Source: Kondoa subrosea
Taxonomy: Eukaryota
Assembly: GCA_039545335.1 (NCBI GenBank)
Contig: BCIN01000002.1
Coordinates: forward strand, 1,191,118-1,255,117
Length of the DNA: 64,000 bases
Direction of reading: 5' to 3'
Every line of letters starts with the position of its first letter. Within the stretch, counting starts at the first letter, position 1. Below the pieces are notes generated by a model. It was not told the origin of the DNA. It saw only the letters and a program-made list of their open reading frames with translations, and made no database searches. Positions 50,302 to 64,000 of the stretch are shown here, in pieces. A program made the translations under genes and the position numbers.

Positions 50302-53038
50302 TCATTTCCTGTCGTACGGTAGCTTCGTTTTCGGATCGAGCACACCAAGCATGTTTGACGCCGGGCCAGCTGCCCCGTTTTGACTTGAAAAACTTTCTAG
50401 CAGGTTTTTGATCAGTCCGTATTGAGCGCTTTCGTCTGTGTCGTCACTTGGATCCTTCTTAAGCATATCGAGCAGTTCTGCGTCCATTTGCGCATCTTCA
50501 TATTCGTCCTCGTCCATATCATTACTATCATCTTGTTGTGTTGTCGATGTAGAAGGCGTTTTGTTTCGGCTCTTTGACAATTCCGCATCCATAGCATCCA
50601 TAAGCGATTCAAAATCGTTGAGTTTGCTGTTACGAGCGGGCGCTTCCGGACGAGCGGGCAGGGGAGTGGTGTGATCGATCTTGTTCGATGCAGCGGTGGA
50701 TCGAGCAGAAGAGGGTGCGTCTTCATCAATACTCATCCGGCGAGCTTTAGACTTCTTTTGGGGGAAAGTTGGTACGAAAGCTGAACTTAAAGCATGAGCG
50801 AGAGCTTGCAAAGCGAATACAGAAACTTACCTCCTCTCTGTGACCGAGACTTCAGAATGTCATCATACTGCTCCGCTGTCAGTCCCAAAGCTTCTCGGGT
50901 GAATTTCAAAAAGTCTTCCATTTCCTGATCCATGTTGACTTCTTCCTCGCCCATAACTTGAGCGCCATCTTCGCCATCCTGCATAGCAGCATCATCTTCA
51001 TTCATCAGATCTTCTTCGTCATCTTCGTCATCCGAAACGCCATCATACTTGTCCCGCTCTAACTTGGGTTCAGACATAAGAGGTGGAGGATCATCGTCTG
51101 CTTTTGCTTTCGCCGCAGAAGGCTTCTGAGTATGACTTCCCCATTCTTCTTCCGGTAAAGCGGGAACGAGCTTATCTTGTGCTGCTTTTGTTTCTGCAGC
51201 AGAGGGTTTCCTTACTTCCGCGTCACTATCATCCTCATCATCCGATAATTCACTGCAACAGACTTCTTATCAGCTACTTCCAGCTGAAAAATTCTCATCG
51301 ACTGACTCATCAAGTAATGCACCATCCATACTTCCTTCAGCATGCAAGAAGGTCTCAAACTTTTCAGCCAAACCACTTAATTTCTCAGCTTGCTTCTCAG
51401 CTTCAGCTTGTTCTTCAGCGTTCGGATCTCTGTCTTCCGTTGCACCACCACGTCGTTCTTTCAGAATTTCTTCTAAGCCTTCAGGATCCATGTTCAACCA
51501 ATCTTCTGAATCTTCCGCGGCGCCTTCTGTTGCTGCTGTGAGTAAGGCAGAGGCAGGTGAAGGTGAGGTAGAAGTGAAAGACAGGATCTGTTCTACTTGC
51601 TGTGCGAAAGATAGTTCCCGATCAGACCTAGGGAGCAAGATTTAGCTTTATGGAATAAAGGCAGGTGCAACAGACTAACGGGTCTTCTCTTGTTGCAAGG
51701 AACTGCTCTTTTGCCGCTGTAAGAAGTTCGGTATGGAGTTTCGAACCAGCTAATTCTCCTCGGAAGTAATCCAGCTTTTGCAGGTTCTCTAGAAATCGAG
51801 TATAGCTGGGATCTTTACTAAGATCGACGGATTGAGGAGCCTATGAGATACAAATAAGAATATGATTGAGCAATGGATGAGACCGTACTGTCCGATCGAC
51901 CGTCAATTTGGTCAAAGTAGACTTTGTTTCTTGGTAAAGCATCTCAAAACCGCACATCTGGTTCTGCGTTATCATTGCTCTGAGAAATAGAACTGAATTG
52001 AACTCACCAATTTCATACCAATTTCTCTTCTGCGATGTTCTACTGATCCAGGAAGATCGTTTCTCATCCATTGCGCTTTCTCAAACGGTTTGGGTGGAAA
52101 GAACTTCTGACCGATCAATTGCGCATAAAGTGTTCTTGTCATCTTTACTTGTGATAGAGACGGTGAAGACGAAGCTGGTGTAAAACGAGACATGAATTGG
52201 CAAGCCTATGCAGAGTAAGCGGACAGGCAAGAAAAGATAAACTGAGGACTGACCTTGAGCGCTATCGTGTCTCGCTCGTAGAATGTAGTCACAGCAGGGG
52301 CAACCAATTGAGGTTTTGCTCGCAGAACTGAAGCGATTTCAGGTGTCAGATACGCCAAAGTACGATGTATATGCATTTTGCCGACTTGCGAAGGATATCT
52401 AGAGGGTGGAGTCAGCTTTGTGGGATCCATGATCTGCAAACGCACTGTGTTATCCGCTGAAAGACCATAGCTTCGACATCCTCATCTGCCAAGGTTGCAT
52501 CTCCTGCTTCCGCCAAAGCTTTCAACGCATCATCTGCTGAAATATAGCCTGCTTCTGTTGTATCTTCTTCGGCAGATTGCTTCGACAAAGGTATTTGACT
52601 CTGATACTGCAAAGGAATCAAGTGTAGTCTTCCTTGTTTGATCCACAATCGATTTTCAGCATTCGTCGGAGTGACCCATTTAGGTAGAACATCGGCAGCT
52701 TCAATGAGCAAGAATTCCCCATCTGTATCATTGATGGACAACACAGCATTGGTCCATCGAAGCGAAATTTGCCGAAGCAACCAAACGATGAACCATTCGT
52801 CTTCAACGCAGTCACCAGGTCTAGTTCGGCCTTCCAGATGTGTTCCATCAGCGCTCAGATGTAAAGTGAAGCTATCACGCTGCCAGATATAGCCACTACC
52901 ACAATCAGGCGAAGTGCAGAGAGAAAGAACATAAGCTGAGATTTCCTGCAAGGCAGCAGGCAAGTCCTGTTGACCCAAGAAAAAGATTCGATAGAAAGCT
53001 TCATCTTCTGCTATCTTGCGCTGCGAAACATCTTGCAT
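50302..53038 (-). CDS. ECD: Ecdysoneless/hSGT1-family protein
   Basis: YIWQRDSF.L, GDCVEDEWFIVWLL, DTDGEFLLIEAADVLPKWV...NRLWI..G.LHLIP, LYAQL..Q.F, GMKLMCGFEM, EDSEDWL, NLLESFSSQNGAAGPASNML. Confidence 0.92.
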
Positions 53039-53310
53039 TGTTGTGCTGCACCGAGGAGAGAGGTACTTAGAGCAACGCTGACGCTTGTATAAAAGACAGC
53101 AGTCGTGGAACAGGTTGAGTCCAGCAAATAATAATATTGCCTGACTCTTGAGGAAGAACAGCCGCAGGCTATCTTAGATGCAGGTAGTCCTGAGCTGAAG
53201 CTAGTCTACTACCCCTTTTTGATACCACTAAGCTTGGCTGGATACACCGCTATACTGAGCAAACACCTGCACTTCCATTTTCGAAGGAATCCATTTATCC
53301 CCCGATTGTC

Positions 53311-54286
53311 ATGGCTACAACATCGAAGTACCATGTAGGATCAAGTTCTTCGTGTAGACATTCGATTTCTCTCGATGCTGCGTCAGTAAAGCTTCCAAAC
53401 TGTCTGATTACGTAAGCTGACAATCAGCTTCAGCCGTTCATCGGCGCACAGTATCATCATGTCTTACTTAATTGACCTCTGTATTCTTTCTGGTCAGATT
53501 GATAGCTTGGAGTCTCAACTTACAGCTAACAAACTCCGAATTTCCACTCTACCTGAACAATGTAATGCTCTGGAAGCTAAAACTAGGGAAGAGACTCAAG
53601 CTATCAGCAGAACTCGATCCATCGTACGACGTGAAGCTCAAGTCGCCTACCAAAAGTACTCCGATGACCGAGATGCTCTAATGGCAAGACATCTCCTAGA
53701 ATGCGAAGAAAGAAGAAATCATGTCGAGCAACAATACGATGCACTGAAAAGTCGTACGGAGGCTCTGCAAACGCGCCTTTCTGACCAAGAGAGCGCAATG
53801 AGTTCAATAGATGGCTGCACATCGAGCTGTTCCCAACCTTGCGAGACCCATGGTACAGCTGGGATGATGGAGGAACTTCAGTCAATCCTGGAGCAGAACG
53901 CAGAACTTCATGGATTTTATGAAGAAAACAGATTAGTGCATGCTCGGTTTGTAGCAGAGTCGAAAGAAGTGCATGAAGAGTTCACTGCGAAAGACAATGA
54001 AAGAATGAGAAGGGCTGGGGAGTTAAATAGTGCGATCGATGCGATACGCGCAAAGGCGGCAGCAAAGACGGATGCTTTGGTCGAGGAGATGTCTGAATGG
54101 GATTTTGTCCGGATGCCCGCGATGCTGGATGCGCTGATCAGATTGGAAGCCAAGCGTCAGTCATGCTCTATTGTATGGTTGGGTGCTCGCTGACTGTACG
54201 AATTTCAGAGAAAGACAGAATCATTCTCATGACCATCTTCCGTAAAGAAATGAAACAGGCCACTTGGCAGAGCAGACTCGGCTGAG
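53311..54286 (+). CDS. Hypothetical coiled-coil protein
   Basis: 244-codon E/Q/R/L-rich heptad ORF (53459-54193) with flanking splice signals; the ends are uncertain. Confidence 0.55.
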
Positions 54287-54764
54287 GATATACCAGTACT
54301 TATATAGCATGCATTGTACGACTTATCAGTAGCATGGAGATTTTCCCACTGTACATTAGGAGTCTGATCTCATGAGCGACGAGTCAAGACGACACTTGAT
54401 TTTACGCGCCAGTGCTCGCAGTTCATTGCCTCATGCAATCCAAATGATTCCAATCATGACCTGATCCAACTGATCTTGTCCTCGCTGGAGACAAAAGCTG
54501 ACAGATATACTTACTATCATGCTCAATACTTTCCTGAAAAACATCGACTCACCAGGGCCAGAGAACTTCGAAAAGCCCGGAACAGGTTCATTCAGACGAT
54601 CTGGTCAAATGCAATTTCAATTGAAGAGTTGTATCTTCCAGATGCAGGAATCATACTGAGGCAATTTGGACAGCGAGAAGTAAAGCCTTTCCTCAGGCTG
54701 CAAGACACATTCAAGCGTGACGTTGTTCGCTTTCGAGATTCGGGGCAGATCCTACTTTATCATT

Positions 54765-55854
54765 TCAGCCTAATCTAAGCAAAAGCTTGCAGTCGATACT
54801 TACCAAAATATGTGACGAACACGACACAAGAATGCTACAAGCGTCCTCGTACGGATTTTGCAGCTCCTGGATGCTTTCGAGGAGGTGACCGTAGAGAACG
54901 GAAGGACGGTAACAGTTGATGATATGTAAGAATCGCAAAGACGGAAGAAGAGGAAAGAACGGTTCCAATTTATGATCGAATCCGATAACATCCAATTCTA
55001 TGCATTCCAAATGTTGCAGATTTTCAAGCATTTCGAAATCTAGCTGTGTGGTGCGATGTTCTACTTTGAGGCAGTTTCGAGCAGCGAAAAGAAGATGTCG
55101 TAATTGAGGGCAACGGTGAACAATGATGTCACCTATGCGATGCACAAAATTGACTTCCAAAGGAATCAAGAACAAAGTTGTTATGTTCGGGAAGAACGAA
55201 AGAAGACTATCAATCTCGTCCATGAGGAGGTCGCATTCGAAGAGGACCAAAGTAGAAAGTAGGAAAGCATGAGCTGGAAGAGAAACATATTCACAGAAAT
55301 TGACCAGGACCAGACATTTTAGAGCTCTTCCTGCAATGAACTGCCAAGTCTCATTCCATATGACGCCTGGTATTTCTTCTCGGGAGTCAGGAATGGGTTC
55401 ATTCAGCTTCTGCATTGTCAAGAAGTCTGTGATTGGTAAGTCGACAAGAATATGGGTCCAATCAGATGACCAATTCAGTGGAAGACTTGAAGTAGACACT
55501 TTGATTTGCCGCAGGTTCTTGCACGCCAAAACGAGCTTGACCAGTTGCTGCACATCTGTCCTCGCCATAGTAGAAGAACTTTCATTCTCTGCCGCACCAA
55601 GATCCATAACATCCAACTCGTGAATCCAACTGGCTCTTTCAGCACCCTTTGCCAGTCCATTCTCAAGCCCATTTAAATGCTCCTTCCTCTTCAACCTGAT
55701 TGACCGGTAAACATAACGCAACGCGGCTTCGTAAAGAATCTCTGAGGCGAAGCAAGCATTCAGAGCTTCGGAGGACTCAAGTAGGAGCAGATCTCTCCTG
55801 CAGTAGCTCAATGGGAAGAGCATCCGTGAGGATCGCGGGTCTTCGAGTCTTCAT
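54765..55854 (-). pseudogene. F-box/leucine-rich-repeat (RNI-like) gene with a frameshifted F-box
   Basis: The 352-codon ORF has LRR-like repeats (LRQIKV, LKCLVL, ITTLFL, CPQLRHLLF, LRFLHI). The F-box LPIELLQE / ICSYLSPP / EALNACFAS is split over three frames at 55760-55800. Confidence 0.5.
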
Positions 55855-56020
55855 CGTTAGTGGTCAGGCTGTGCTGAGATTTGTTTCGGGCGGATGATGC
55901 ACTGTGAGGCAACACCATCGTGCCAGTGTCGTCAAGCTCGTGAGGTTAACGGCGTTGATGAAAGTGTGACAGCGCGAGCGAAACATCTGACATCGCGCAA
56001 TCTATAAATCTCAGAATGCT

Positions 56021-59105
<3,085 letters not shown>

Positions 59106-59272
59106 GTTGAGGCAGGTATACAGCGCTCTAAAGCGTCGTGATATGATCCAGAGGGAGTCTGGGTATTAATGGCAGTCGATGAATAACCTTTAACAAAAAT
59201 GCTTTGACAACTTCCTCCAAGTGTGGCTGAACTAAACCATCTGTACTATTACTTGTTACAATATGTACCTCG

Positions 59273-61796
59273 TTAACCCGTTATTCGACCCAAAAGAAAA
59301 CAAACAGAACACAGAAGGAAGATTGTACCCAATTGATCGACCGTGAATCCAGAAGAAGACAGAACAGAATGATTGAGAGCAGGCATGAGGTCGTAAAGAT
59401 CTATAGAATTCCTTCTCTTCTAAATCCCACTCATCAGCTTGCATTCAGCAGAAAAGGAGACGACAGCATACTTTACTTCGACTTTCCACAACAGGTGTCG
59501 AATTGCCAGGTCCAGTAAAAACAGGTCGTAGTACCCCATCTTCTTCTTCCTCTTGTTCTTCTTCATGTTCTTCGTCCCTTGTATACGTAGCAGGACTTTC
59601 CGTATGTTCATCTTGACCATGACCTAGAGGATTTGTTGCTACAACTATCCCATCCGTATGTCCATTCGGTACACTTTTCGCTTCCAATCGTTCACCATTC
59701 AATAATACATCATTAGCGTTTTTTCCTTCTTTCCAAGGTTCGATTTTGACATTCACTTCAGAGGGGAAATCGGAAGACCAAACAAATTCGGCTGTTCTTC
59801 TGAATGCAGGACTGATAGTCACTTGAGCAGCTGACGAAGGTTCAATAGATATTGCTACGCCAGTAGGATATGATTTGGCGTTCCATTGCAGCAGACATTT
59901 TTGTGCGTTTGAAGAGGAAGAAGAAGAAAGCGATTGAAGGGTATAGGAGGAAGATAGTCTTGAAGTACTTTCTGAGGTAATATGTACTGGTCCTGCACCC
60001 CAACGAAGACATATAGGTAGTACCTATGCGATGCAGGATGCCTAAGTGTGCAAACCAACTAAGATCTCGTTCAAACGCACCGGCTGATTTTCGATATAGG
60101 AAGCCAAACTCCTCAGATCCCTCATAACCGCGACAGCTACAACTTTACCAATATAAGGAGGTAATGTTTTTTCGGCAGCTTCAGCATGTCGAATGTGAAT
60201 AATTTTGATTCTACCATTCCGTGTTGGTTCTATCCTCCAGCCTGATAGATGCAGAGATGTATATTGAGACCCTTTCACAGTGACATCAGGTGAAGAGGTA
60301 TTGATAGATTGCCCAACGAGAGATATTGCAGATCGATCGCTTGCTGCGTTTTCTCGACGGGTAGAATATTGCACGAGATGATGTGAAGGGCTGGAAGTCG
60401 AAATTATTAACATGAGTGCAGCGGATCGAGTCATGTGCTGACCTTAGATGCGGTACTATGCCATGCTCGCATTCCAGGTGATAAACATTATCTTGCGATG
60501 CATGTAGCGATATTGAAGCATGCCGTCTATCCCCTGAAAAGCAAATCAGTTGAGCGCTCTCGACATTGAATCAGTACTGACATTCTGATCTCGTTGATGT
60601 ATTAGTTATAGCGCCCAATACTTCTTCCGTTGTCGTTCCCTTGGGTACATTCACATCCACTTTCACTCTAATCAAAGGTAAAGCTCCTTCTTCTTTAGTC
60701 CATATTGACGAGCCTTCCTTATCTTTTGCCATAGTCCAACTTTTCGATTCTTGCAAAAGCGAATTAAAGCGTTCATGTAAATGCTTGGTCTCAGTTGATT
60801 CATCTTCTACTTCAGGCAAGGCTGAAGCTGATGCTATTGCAACAGGTACTTCTTCTTCAATTTTTGGATCAGCCTGACCATTTTGTAGAACCTCTTGCGA
60901 TCCTTCTGGCGCTACAACGGGGGCGCTATTGCTATGTAAAGAAGAAGGATAGCTAGCTTGTCGCATTGAAGGTGATAAAGAAGGTGTAGCGGAAGTAGCT
61001 CGACTTCTAGCTTGTCGCAATGAACCGCCATGTAAGAACATAGACATGGTTTTCTTTCTTGGCGATAACCCATTCTGACCCATTACTGAACCTGTTTGAG
61101 TTGTTCGAGCGCGAATATTATGAAGAGAGACGGCAACGTGTTTGGCTAGATGACGACCAGGGAACAGTTTAGTATGCAGAGCTTTACCACGGACGGAGAA
61201 GTAAAGCGCGGCGATTGTGTTCTCGCCATTTGGCTTCAGTATCCATCCCAAAAGATCGATATGCGCTCGCGTTCGACCTTCCACTATAGGCACTTTATCG
61301 CTGTTGACTGAAGTTGAACACATGTAGATAGCACCGTTTTCAGTTCTTTCGTGCATCTCGACTACCGATAGATCTCGTGGGCTGATCAACCAATCAGCGT
61401 GATAGCTTCCGTGATAGAGAGGACTGACTTTGAGTTTGGGATGGCATCAACCACAAAGTACAAATGCGAGGCTGCTTCCGCTAGATTGTCCACTGTGCTC
61501 ATCTGCACGAACCATTCATCCCATTGTTCTGGTTGTGATAAGGTAGCAAAGGCTGCTTCAGGCTTGATCCCACTGAGCATGACTTCACCACGATAAACTG
61601 TAGGCCGTTTAGAATCTGTGGATTTGAAGACTTGTACACCAGCATGCTCTACTGCTACTTTCTTCCAGTCCCCATTACTCGAATTACTCAGCGCTTTCAG
61701 TCGACCTAGTGATTCTTGCGCAGCCTCCAGCAAATTCGTTTGGCCTTGCTCCAATGCGAAGGAGGGCTCCTCTTCTAAGCTCTCGGTGTCTCCCAT
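59273..61796 (-). CDS. Tandem START/SRPBCC lipid-transfer domain protein with C-terminal tail anchor
   Basis: Domain 1: WKKV...VYRGE...WDEWF...ISPRDLSVV...STSV...RTRAHIDLLGWILKP. Domain 2: WTMAK...LIR...EVLGAI...LSGWRIEP...LPPYI. Last exon ends QLGTIFLLCSVCFLLGRITG*. Confidence 0.8.
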
Positions 61797-62211
61797 GCTT
61801 TACGCTCGGAGGTATCGTTGCTTTCGGTCAAGAACAATATTATGCTTGGTCTTAGGCAGCCATTCACAATCCTCTATATTGGCCTGCAATTGCTCTGCTT
61901 ATCTCGCATTATCGTCTCACATCCTGACGGACCCGGCTCTGTCCAATCGTTCTCAGTTTCTACCTGCAGATCTTACTGTAATTTGTCAGTCAAGGCATTC
62001 CTATTCCTTGCGTACATCGCTGGGCCCGTGTCCTTCTGCACAAAAGACTACTCTTGCCCTACATAGTCCAAAATAGCACCGTTTGTGCATAATACTGATT
62101 GGACGGACTATGCTAAACATGTCCCAACTGCGTGAGCTTGATAGACTCCGATAGAATCCCTGAGCTTACCCTGTTCGATAAGCTCTCGAGATTACTCAGA
62201 CGGTGATCGAT

Positions 62212-63742
62212 ATGTCAAGCGAATTAGAAGTGACGGACGAGGAATTAATGCGAATCAGACTGATGGAAACTATCTACGAGGCTGTCTCAGCCGCAGATTA
62301 CCCTGATTGGTCCGTAAGCTTGCATCGGTGAAGTTGAACTGCTCAATCTAATCCACCCTTTCAGGTACACTGCGAAATACAAGCGACGTAATCAGACATA
62401 CTGCCATATTACTTTAGTCTCGCAAGGCTTTCGTCGGATGGCCATCGAATCTTTTGTAAGTCGCAGCAATGCTTCTCTTGTGTGGTAGCTTAATTGACCA
62501 GGATTCAGTGCCTGATATCGCCGTGCAATTTCAAATCATTCCTTCTCTACGTAGCTACTGCAACATCTTGTACAACACTCGGCCCGCCCATAGCCACATT
62601 TCTAAAAGACTTAGACTTGAGGTTTTGCGCTACAACAAGGCCTGAAGTCTGGTTAGCTATGTACAACTTATCATCTCATGCGAAATCGCTGTCGACAATC
62701 ACATTCAGTCAGCACGCTGGAGGAAACTTCTTCCATGAGGTCGATCTTGATCAACGGGAGTCTCAGCATAGCCCTGTGCTAAATCTCGCCCAATTATTCA
62801 CCCGACTCTGCTCTATAAGGAACATTGATCTGACATTTGGCACTGATGCAATATGTCAAACCTTGCGGGCCATGAGCCAGCCCAAGCAATTGCATCTAAT
62901 ACGGGATATTGGATCTTCAGATATCGATTTGCTCGCCCAAGTCTTCGAGGAGCGTCAAGAACTCACGCGAATAATTCCATCCTTATCAGCCTTGGTCGAT
63001 CTAAGCATTCTATACGACCGCGATAAACACGATAGCATTGTTCGATTGCTGAAGAGCCTGCCTTCGCTGAAAAGGTAATTCAATTTCTTCACAAGTTGCC
63101 GCAAAGCTGAAAACCAGCAAGGTTTTGGTCCGCAGCGGATGTAAGCGAAGAGGCAGATTTATCTAGAGCTCAGTATCGCCAGCTCCTTCAAGCCGTACCG
63201 CAATCACTCTGCGATCTGACGCTGCTGGTGAGAGTTGATGCTGGTTATACATACAAAGTGCAAGACTTTTCGGTTTGTACTTTTGAACCATGTACTATCC
63301 TCCGCTGACATTGATTTAGGGCTTACCAAATTTAAGCCGCATCGACCTACCTGCTGGAACATTCAGTCCTAATACCTTCGCTCAAATTTTCAAAGAGAGA
63401 TTTCTTGCGAAACTGGATACTATCATCCTGCGGCTGGAACTAGTCGCCTTTGGAGAGGATTCCTGGGTCACTGAACCAGTAATGTCAATTCGACGCGATC
63501 GACCGAAAATCTTAAGAGCAGCGCAAATTCTCTCTCAGCTCGAAGCTGCCAATCTGGTCGGCTTGATTGCAACTGTGGCTTCTGCTGTGAGGGATGGGAT
63601 TTGTTGTGTGGCGGCGTCACCCTACCAGGCCCATTCGATCTATGGGAAGAGATGCATACTCTGGCACCATACGCTACTTCACTCTCCTGCATCATTTTTG
63701 GTTACGAGGCTGCTTCTTTCTTCTTTGACGAGGAAGAATTGA
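62212..63742 (+). CDS. F-box-like/LRR (RNI-like) protein; 3' end uncertain
   Basis: Spliced frame: YCHITLVSQGFRRMAIE, FLKDLDL, IRNIDL, LVDLSI, LPSLKR, LCDLTL, GLPNLSRIDL, LDTIIL. Confidence 0.6.
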
Positions 63743-64000
63743 GCAAGAGATCGCATCAGCGCACACTTGCGCAGAATCTGGGCCAGATGTTTCCCAAACT
63801 CTCTTCTCTGCTAGAGTTGCATGCGACATCTTGTGATTCAGCCATAAACGGAACGCTGCGAAGTATGGCCTCTCACAAAAGCCTGTCCTATCATCGGACA
63901 CCCGAATCGGGCCATATGCACTGGCTCAGGGAACTCTTCGAGGACAGACGTAAGCTGGATCAGTTCCTACCAGCATCAATGCAACACTTGTCCGATCTTC

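Noticed and set aside
54476..54778. 100-aa plus-strand ORF abutting the F-box/LRR gene
   Set aside because: Starts at TTG with no clear upstream exon; cannot tell a gene fragment from chance.

Overview
Gene-dense eukaryotic DNA from a basidiomycete fungus, probably Pucciniomycotina. This is inferred from the very numerous ~45-60 nt GT-AG introns with GCTRAY/CTGAC branch points, microexons and short intergenic spacers; the standard genetic code fits. About 22 spliced genes can be reconstructed by hand. Conserved housekeeping genes: dynactin p150Glued, an SDR, POL31/POLD2, an Rds1-type ferritin-like protein, ALG3, a FacC/YAT1 carnitine acetyltransferase, NOT1, eIF5, PSO2/SNM1, an MFS DHA2 pump, an RTA1-family protein, ATG26, Ecdysoneless/SGT1, PRP43 and a tandem-START protein. 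These are interspersed with lineage-type MYND-finger and F-box/LRR genes and decaying gene remnants. No tRNA, rRNA, transposon or CRISPR could be supported. Most notable observations: (1) two adjacent ~80% identical introns flanking a 16-nt exon, in different phases and without duplicated protein sequence, suggesting a recent local intron copy; (2) a fungal BTG/Tob-family gene with a PAM2-like motif about 6 kb from NOT1; (3) poor-context uORFs in the eIF5 leader; (4) a candidate C1orf109/AIRIM homologue; (5) a frameshifted catalase C-terminal-domain pseudogene and a headless MYND module with a duplicated splice acceptor. All exon models are manual and untested.
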